Shown piece by piece: positions 1 to 4,380 of a stretch of DNA of 8,692 nt (its first letter is position 1; every line of letters begins with the position of its first letter). Where the stretch lies: the IMG/VR virus record IMGVR_UViG_2778261591_000007; one strand, 5' to 3'. A program made the position numbers and the translations under genes. Origin of the DNA: a virus. Lineage: Duplodnaviria > Heunggongvirae > Uroviricota > Caudoviricetes. The notes beneath the pieces are model-generated. The model was not told the DNA's origin and searched no databases. It saw nothing but the letters and a program-made list of their open reading frames with translations.

Positions 1-401
1 TCTTGTATTTTTGTTTCGATAGCGCCAGATCTTTTAATGTCTTTTTCAGCACGATAATATGCCTGATCTGGGTCATATTTTAACACATTCGGAAAATAGA
101 ACTGCTGTGCACCATATGCATCATAAACAGCCATAGAATGGCCTTGCACAGTTACAAATTTGGCAATCTGCCCGTTGTACACAGGATATCCGGCAGCATT
201 GATAACAATTGGCTGAGAAACAGGGACGTGAGATCCGTCTTTATTCTCTACATAAACCTGAATCTGGTTTTCAGGATTTACCGGATCAGTGTCAATTTTT
301 CCGATATAAATTTTGCCATTAGCTACGGCTTTAAAAGAACGCGCCATAGTGAAGAGTTGCGAAGGCATGCTTACCACAACATTGGCTGTAATGTCTGTCA
401 T
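1..401 (-). CDS. Tailspike protein, N-terminal head-binding domain (partial; 3' end lies beyond the window start)
   Basis: Minus-strand ATG at 401..399 with a TGGAG Shine-Dalgarno about 10 nt upstream. Translation begins [59 protein letters not shown]..., which I recognise as the conserved N-terminal domain of P22/Sf6/HK620-type tailspikes (P22 gp9 starts [13 protein letters not shown]...). Not in the ORF track because it runs off the window edge. Confidence 0.85.
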   Translation of the reverse strand, partial: MTDITANVVVSMPSQLFTMARSFKAVANGKIYIGKIDTDPVNPENQIQVYVENKDGSHVPVSQPIVINAAGYPVYNGQIAKFVTVQGHSMAVYDAYGAQQFYFPNVLKYDPDQAYYRAEKDIKRSGAIETKIQ

Positions 402-458
402 TTAATTTGCTCCAGATACAAGGAATCGCCGCAGCATGGCTACGGTGAATTTTGGGCA

Positions 459-484
459 TAAAAAAACCCAGCCGAAGCTGGGTC
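459..484 (-). terminator. Rho-independent terminator downstream of ant
   Basis: On the minus strand: GC-rich stem ACCCAGC / GCTGGGT (plus 466..472 and 477..483) with a TTCG tetraloop, followed by a run of 6-7 T (plus A-run 460..466). Sits between the ant stop (502) and the tailspike start (401). Confidence 0.6.
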
Positions 485-501
485 GTTGCGTTGGTTATCT
501 G

Positions 502-1425
502 TCAGTAGTTATGTACTGAAGGAGGTAATTCTTTATTCTTAAGTCTCATCCATGCGGAAAGATTCGCTGGTCCGTCTGGCTCATTAATATCAACATCTCG
601 TGTGTGGTTTATTAAAACGTCTCTCGCCATTCCTATAACATACGAGAACTCATGACCGTAGTCGTAACATCTGCCGGAATAGTTCGATTGAATTTGTTTT
701 AGCGCCGGATACAATTCGCGGAATAATGCCTGTGAGCGGTTGGCATAATCCCATAACCATACGAGGCTGTTTGCTTCTTTTGCAGAAAGCTCGTTGGTTT
801 TCTTCTCTTGTTTGCAGATGAACTCACCTTCAAGCGGAACGCGAGCTGCAAGTGACAGTGCTTCGGTAAACTGCTCCTCACTAATTTCTTTGTACGAACA
901 TCCAAAATGGGATTTCAGTGACGACCACATGGTGATCATCGCCTTAGCCTGTTTTTCTTTTGGCAGAGACTGACCGCGACTCATGACGAGTTGTTTAATG
1001 GCTTCCTGCTGTTCAGTGGTGATTTTACCCTGCAACGCCTTTTTAGCTTTGCGTGGGTTAACTACATGGCCTTTAGTCCAGTACTCATAGAGCACATCGT
1101 CACACTCTTCCTGATACTGGATTACCTTGTCGCGGATTTCAGGGCGGACTTTGTTTGGACTGATGCTGTTCAACCAAGCTGCCAATTTTCGTAAAGCCAT
1201 ACAAATCATGGCTTGCACCCCACCGGCAGAAGGTATGGTGATTTCCACCATACCCTTCGAGAAGCGTTGAGAAATCTTCTTATGTTGAGATTTCCAGTCT
1301 AGCCCCATTCCCTCAACGATAGGTTTCATTGGGGTGTACGGTTCGCCGTTGTGATTGACAACATAAAGCTCTGCGCCGTGGAATGGTACATTGATAGTAG
1401 ATACTGCTGTTGCTATACTTTTCAC
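502..1425 (-). CDS. ant: Phage antirepressor (Ant-like)
   Basis: 307-aa ORF starting at GTG 1425 with an AGGAA Shine-Dalgarno upstream. N-terminus (…INVPFHGAELYVVNHNGEPYTPMKPIVEGMGLDW…) resembles the antirepressor N-terminal domain as I recall it. Size is close to P22 Ant (about 300 aa), and it sits immediately downstream of arc and divergent from mnt, exactly as in P22 immI. Confidence 0.7.
   Translation of the reverse strand: MKSIATAVSTINVPFHGAELYVVNHNGEPYTPMKPIVEGMGLDWKSQHKKISQRFSKGMVEITIPSAGGVQAMICMALRKLAAWLNSISPNKVRPEIRDKVIQYQEECDDVLYEYWTKGHVVNPRKAKKALQGKITTEQQEAIKQLVMSRGQSLPKEKQAKAMITMWSSLKSHFGCSYKEISEEQFTEALSLAARVPLEGEFICKQEKKTNELSAKEANSLVWLWDYANRSQALFRELYPALKQIQSNYSGRCYDYGHEFSYVIGMARDVLINHTRDVDINEPDGPANLSAWMRLKNKELPPSVHNY
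1391..1419 (+). promoter_or_regulatory. Candidate sigma70 promoter (Psar-like) pointing antisense to ant
   Basis: -35 TTGATA (1391..1396), 17-bp spacer, -10 TATACT (1414..1419) on the plus strand inside the 5' end of ant. Predicted start about 1424..1426, at the ant start codon. Confidence 0.4.
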
Positions 1426-1499
1426 GTCGTTAATTCCTATGCGTGGTTTTACGATACCGAAGCCCTGACTGTTCCCGCAGTTGGGGCTTCACTGTTTTG
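1424..1499 (+). ncRNA. sar: Candidate sar-like antisense RNA covering the ant ribosome-binding site and start codon
   Basis: Near-consensus promoter (1391..1419) followed about 35 nt later by a long hairpin (1459..1490; 13-bp stem with two G-U pairs, 6-nt loop) and a U-rich tail (TTTT at 1495..1498, then GATTTCTTTG). Predicted transcript about 70 nt, complementary to the ant SD and start. Matches the known P22 sar arrangement (68-69 nt antisense RNA in the arc-ant region). Confidence 0.4.
1459..1499 (+). terminator. Intrinsic terminator hairpin for the candidate sar RNA
   Basis: GAAGCCCTGACTG / CAGTTGGGGCTTC stem around loop TTCCCG, followed by ACTGTTTTGATTTC on the plus strand. The U-tract is separated from the stem by 4 nt, so efficiency is uncertain. 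Confidence 0.4.
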
Positions 1500-1658
1500 A
1501 TTTCTTTGCCGCATCAAGCATCACTTCTGAAAACGTGCGCTTGCCACTGAATACTCTTTCTCTTCTCAATTTTTCGTTCGTGCCAAATGATTCGCCATGA
1601 ACAAAATTTGGTCTTAAAATGGTAATCGCAATCTCTTTGACTACTGCATCCAAGCGAA

Positions 1659-1811
1659 TCACACCGTTACCCCCTCTCTCTTCAGGCTGTCTATCAGGCG
1701 CTTGATAACCTCTGAGTTAAACGACCTGCACTCTTCCTTTGCCCTGCTACCGATAGCATCCTTTAACGACTGCGGCATCCTTACCAAAATCTTACTTATT
1801 TCTTTCTCCAT
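1659..1811 (-). CDS. arc: Arc-like ribbon-helix-helix repressor
   Basis: 50-aa product MEKEISKILVRMPQSLKDAIGSRAKEECRSFNSEVIKRLIDSLKREGVTV. The core (MPQ…RSFNSEV…KREG) matches the P22 Arc RHH signature (MPQFNLRWPREVLDLVRKVAEENGRSVNSEIYQRVMESFKKEG). Start taken as ATG 1811..1809 with GGAGGG 5 nt upstream; the ORF-track start at 1847 is a TTG without an SD. Confidence 0.8.
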   Translation of the reverse strand: MEKEISKILVRMPQSLKDAIGSRAKEECRSFNSEVIKRLIDSLKREGVTV

Positions 1812-1847
1812 GTTACCCTCCACACAAACAACTCTTTTCGAATACAA

Positions 1848-1876
1848 AAGATAGCAAAGTGAGTATATCTAGTCAA
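1848..1876 (-). promoter_or_regulatory. Candidate Pant promoter with an inverted repeat in the spacer (possible Arc operator position)
   Basis: Minus strand: -35 TTGACT (plus 1871..1876), 17-bp spacer, -10 TATCTT (plus 1848..1853), about 35 nt upstream of the arc start. The spacer and hexamers carry an inverted repeat AGATA(1849..1853)-N12-TATCT(1866..1870). In P22 the Arc operator lies between -35 and -10 of Pant. Confidence 0.45.
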
Positions 1877-1893
1877 AATTTTTTTGCATACAC

Positions 1894-1905
1894 TTTGATA
1901 TCAAA
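1894..1905. promoter_or_regulatory. Perfect 12-bp palindrome TTTGATATCAAA in the mnt/arc divergent intergenic region (candidate operator)
   Basis: Read directly from the sequence; exactly self-complementary. Lies 18 bp upstream of the predicted Pant -35 and about 20 bp upstream of the mnt start (1926), where Pmnt and its operator would be expected. Confidence 0.45.
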
Positions 1906-1925
1906 TTGAATACCAAAGGTGTGAT

Positions 1926-2174
1926 ATGGCAAAGGGTGTGTCAATTTCTCCAACTACGGTAAGAATCCCTGAATCTTTACGCGAGGCTCTTTCTGTCAGA
2001 GCATCAAAAAATGGTCGCTCTGTTAACTCCGAGATCGTCATGATTTTGCAAGCCGCGATTGATGAAGATAGGTCGCCAAAGTCAGTTGAGTCATTTGCTC
2101 AGCAAGAAGCTGACAAATTCAAAGAGGCGCTGCTTGAGACGCTAAAGACCATGTATGGTAAGGATGAAAAATGA
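1926..2174 (+). CDS. mnt: Mnt-like ribbon-helix-helix repressor
   Basis: 82-aa ORF, the same size class as P22 Mnt. N-terminal RHH region (TVRIPESLREALSVRASKNGRSVNSEIVMILQAAI) parallels the P22 Mnt motif (…FRMPMEVREKLKFRAEANGRSMNSELLQIVQDAL). AAGGTG Shine-Dalgarno at 1916..1921. Divergent from arc-ant as in P22 immI. Confidence 0.8.
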   Translation: MAKGVSISPTTVRIPESLREALSVRASKNGRSVNSEIVMILQAAIDEDRSPKSVESFAQQEADKFKEALLETLKTMYGKDEK

Positions 2175-2489
2175 AACGTATAGCTATCCTATTGCTCCTG
2201 TGTCTCTCGAGCATAGCTAACGCAGAAAAAAAAATCAGACGATAGCAGTTTTGATGAAATACAAGGCCTCATGATAGCTTCTAAAATGGCTGGTATGTGT
2301 GGTGCAATCAAACAAATGGCAATATTCCAAGAATCTACAAACATGCCGGGTGGGAATGAATTCTTACAGAGATTCCTTACTACAGAGCAAGCAAGGCTTG
2401 GGATGACTCCGCAGCAATTTCTTGAAGCATGTCAGAAATCAATCTCTATTTATACCACCTATTACAATATGAGCTCTGAGGAAAAATAG
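2171..2489 (+). pseudogene. Secreted hypothetical protein gene split by an A9 homopolymer (possible frameshifted or slippage-dependent gene)
   Basis: ATG 2171 overlaps the mnt stop (ATGA) and encodes MKRIAILLLLCLSSIANA-EKKIRR-stop (2243..2245), a typical Sec signal peptide with an AXA cleavage site and almost no mature part. The +1 frame is open from 2217 through 2489 and contains the 72-aa track ORF (2271..2489). The two frames meet at the A9 tract (2226..2234). Removing one A gives a single 105-aa preprotein. Confidence 0.45.
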
Positions 2490-2498
2490 ACAAGGATT

Positions 2499-2684
2499 TC
2501 AACAGCTTCCGCGTACCTGAGTAATTCTGTCGCGGATTTGCTTCTTACGGTGATTTAAGCTGGAGAGCTTGGCTTCTGCTTCTGATATTTGCGCATCAAG
2601 ATCTTTAAGCTCAAGATCTGAAAGTCGCTGGTCAAGCAGGGTTTGATTCAACTCAATGTTGTTCAGACGTTCTTCTATGGTCAT
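2499..2684 (-). CDS. Small hypothetical coiled-coil protein (61 aa)
   Basis: ATG 2684..2682 preceded by a perfect AAGGAG at 7-nt spacing. Product is a heptad-like, charged, Leu-rich helix (…LLDQRLSDLELKDLDAQISEAEAKLSSL…). No family recognised. Expression is doubtful because a terminator hairpin lies immediately upstream. Confidence 0.3.
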   Translation of the reverse strand: MTIEERLNNIELNQTLLDQRLSDLELKDLDAQISEAEAKLSSLNHRKKQIRDRITQVRGSC

Positions 2685-2696
2685 GATTACTCCTTA

Positions 2697-2726
2697 TAAA
2701 AAACCCACCTGACGGTGGGTTTTATT
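2697..2726. terminator. Bidirectional rho-independent terminator
   Basis: Stem CCCACC (2704..2709) / GGTGGG (2714..2719) with loop TGAC, flanked by an A-run (2698..2703) and T-run (2720..2723). Reads as a terminator on both strands: it ends the minus-strand operon 2746..3592 and plus-strand transcripts coming from mnt. Confidence 0.55.
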
Positions 2727-2745
2727 AGTGCTTGTATAGGTTGAA

Positions 2746-3144
2746 CTATCTATCAAGCCATATAACAAAAAATGTCGATCCAAGACGATAACCAACCATG
2801 GCTTTCAAATCATCAAATCTAAAAGCCAAGAAATGATCTACGTCTTCCGTTATATGACTGGGGATACCTGCTTTAATTGCACCCCTTGCAATCTTCTCAA
2901 ATCCAAGCTTATGCCTACCTTGCTGCTTAATATCTGCCCATGTTAGTTGACTTAATCTGTATAATTTATCAGCTAAGCCAGCTTTCTCATCTTTTTGGCA
3001 TTTCGTTATGCAGTGAGAGCTTTGGATGTAACAGAATGAAAATTTCGGTTTCTTTTGATCTGAATTCCCCCCTGACTGCGGCCCTAACTTTAACTTACCT
3101 GTAGATTCAGCAGGGGGGATAATCCTTTTAGATTTTCTTGCCAT
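2746..3144 (-). CDS. Hypothetical basic protein (132 aa), downstream partner of the Panacea-like gene; candidate toxin/effector
   Basis: ATG 3144..3142 lies 4 nt after the upstream gene's stop (TAACGAGATG), suggesting translational coupling. Product has a Lys/Arg-rich, probably disordered N-terminus (MARKSKRIIPPAESTGKLKLGPQSGGNSDQKKPKFSF), a Cys/His cluster (CYIQSSHCITKC) and a C-terminus ending …HFLAFRFDDLKAMVGYRLGSTFFVIWLDR. No family recognised. The longer track ORF (to 3219) starts at TTG and overlaps the upstream gene by 71 nt, so the ATG start is preferred. Confidence 0.5.
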   Translation of the reverse strand: MARKSKRIIPPAESTGKLKLGPQSGGNSDQKKPKFSFCYIQSSHCITKCQKDEKAGLADKLYRLSQLTWADIKQQGRHKLGFEKIARGAIKAGIPSHITEDVDHFLAFRFDDLKAMVGYRLGSTFFVIWLDR

Positions 3145-3148
3145 CTCG

Positions 3149-3592
3149 TTAGTTAATCCGAGTTGCAAAGTACTCTGCCATCTCCTTAGAACTAATTTCA
3201 GAACCACCAACACCCTCAATATAGTTTGATCTCCATGGTGACTCTTCGTGTGTCATGTTCCTCAGTTTCCAGGCAGAAAATTGCCCAAAAACATCCCAGA
3301 CTTCTTCTAATAGCTCTAACTGTTCTTCGCTGAATTTTTCAGCATCAAAAGACTCTGGAGAAGGGATAGCACCATTACCATATTGTTTATAACGGTGATA
3401 AAGCTCAGGGACAACAGGGCCATGCATCCAAGCTTCCATCTTATTCTGAAAAAGAGGCTCGCCAAGCAACGCCAATGAAAAACCCTGAGCATAGTAAACA
3501 AGCTTTTGTAATTTTAAATTAGAGATTGCGTCACCGCTATCCTCGTCACACCGCGACAGGAAGTAGTCGGCGACATCAAAACAAGTAAGCAT
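3149..3592 (-). CDS. Panacea-domain (DUF4065, SocA/GepA-like 'phage-associated protein') antitoxin-type protein
   Basis: Start taken as ATG 3592..3590 with GGAGG 7 nt upstream (the track start is a GTG two codons earlier). The segment DVADYFL…ISNLKLQKLVYYAQGFSLALLGEPLFQNKMEAWMHGPVVPELYHRY matches the DUF4065/Panacea signature as I recall it (T/N-KLQKLLYYAQ…G.PLF…EAW.YGPV.P.VY). Confidence 0.7.
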   Translation of the reverse strand: MLTCFDVADYFLSRCDEDSGDAISNLKLQKLVYYAQGFSLALLGEPLFQNKMEAWMHGPVVPELYHRYKQYGNGAIPSPESFDAEKFSEEQLELLEEVWDVFGQFSAWKLRNMTHEESPWRSNYIEGVGGSEISSKEMAEYFATRIN

Positions 3593-3966
3593 GAACACAC
3601 CTCCATCTTGATAGCCACAGCTAAGTATCCAACTATGTCAAATGTCATTTAATACTATAACAAAGCTATCAGCAATCCTTCGGAGGCTAACTTACAACCA
3701 CTTTAGCGACATGTTTAAACCATTACGTTTCACATTTACTGCATTTTCGCCGAAGTTACCTATAAGGTAATGTCACATTTCCTGCAAGTTTCATGCAATG
3801 TTGAAAAGTGAGCTATTCACTTTTCTATGACACCAAACACCAAAAATAGCACTTTTTGCTAAATCATTCGTCCAAGTTGTGGATGGTTTGTCGTTGACAC
3901 ATTTTCACACACCGCTCCACCAATAAAGTATCATCTGGTATCCTGCTCAAAACTAAGGAGGTTAGT
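3593..3966. promoter_or_regulatory. AT-rich divergent intergenic region with repeated motifs (promoters for the Panacea operon and the secreted-protein gene)
   Basis: 374 bp with no ORF. Direct repeats TCACATTTaCTGCA (3730..3743) and TCACATTTcCTGCA (3772..3785) flank an inverted repeat TTACC-tataa-GGTAA (3756..3770). Related TGTCA/CACATTT elements at about 3635..3650 and 3894..3910. TTGACA at 3894..3899 but no clean -10 at 17-bp spacing. Confidence 0.3.
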
Positions 3967-4356
3967 GTGAAGCGATTTCTTGCTGCTATGTTCTTATTCA
4001 TATCTTTTGGGGCTACAGCAGAGTGCTGGGTCGTTGGAGATATGCGCGGAATAAGCTATTCAGAACGAAATAATTTCCATCCGGAAGAAGATGGTTTTAG
4101 TGGAACATTCATCATTAAGACAAGCGGTGAAGATGCTAGCATCACATATTCTGGGACAGATGCGGGCGGCATGGCTTACAAAGTATTGTCTAAAAACTCC
4201 ATCATAGGAATCGGCGCGAATGGCGAAACTCAACGCGTTATCGACTCATGGGTAATACATCCTACTGGAACAGTTTTAATGTCAAAAACCATTTCCGGTT
4301 ATGGAAATATGGATTCAACCAAAGCTTTTGTTGGAAAAGTAAAAAGAAAATGTTAG
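3967..4356 (+). CDS. Secreted (periplasmic) hypothetical protein, 129 aa
   Basis: GTG start with AAGGAGG 5 nt upstream. N-terminal signal peptide MKRFLAAMFLFISFGATA with AXA cleavage (ATA|E). Mature part is beta-rich and Gly/Ser/Thr-rich, with Cys at both ends (AEC… and …KRKC). Convergent with gp16. No family recognised. Confidence 0.55.
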   Translation: MKRFLAAMFLFISFGATAECWVVGDMRGISYSERNNFHPEEDGFSGTFIIKTSGEDASITYSGTDAGGMAYKVLSKNSIIGIGANGETQRVIDSWVIHPTGTVLMSKTISGYGNMDSTKAFVGKVKRKC

Positions 4357-4380
4357 CGATTGAATCCAATTTCCCATACG

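Noticed and set aside
138-461. 107-aa plus-strand ORF from the track
   Set aside because: Lies antisense to the well-supported tailspike N-terminal coding region (1..401) and reads as low-complexity junk; it also spans the ant terminator.
699-1194. Track ORFs 699..905 (-) and 991..1194 (+) inside ant
   Set aside because: Alternate-frame and antisense ORFs wholly embedded in the 307-aa ant gene; no SD and no recognisable sequence.
1659-1847. Longer 62-aa version of arc
   Set aside because: Its start is a TTG with no SD and would lie within the predicted Pant promoter. The internal ATG at 1811 has a GGAGGG SD and gives a 50-aa product, close to the 53 aa of P22 Arc.
2226-2234. Classic -1 programmed ribosomal frameshift at the A9 tract
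   Set aside because: The downstream open frame is +1 (equivalently -2) relative to the signal-peptide frame, so a -1 shift would not join them. Transcriptional slippage or a one-base indel fits better.
2746-3219. Longer 157-aa version of the Panacea-partner gene
   Set aside because: Starts at TTG and overlaps the upstream gene by 71 nt in another frame. The ATG at 3144, 4 nt after the upstream stop, is a more conventional coupled start.
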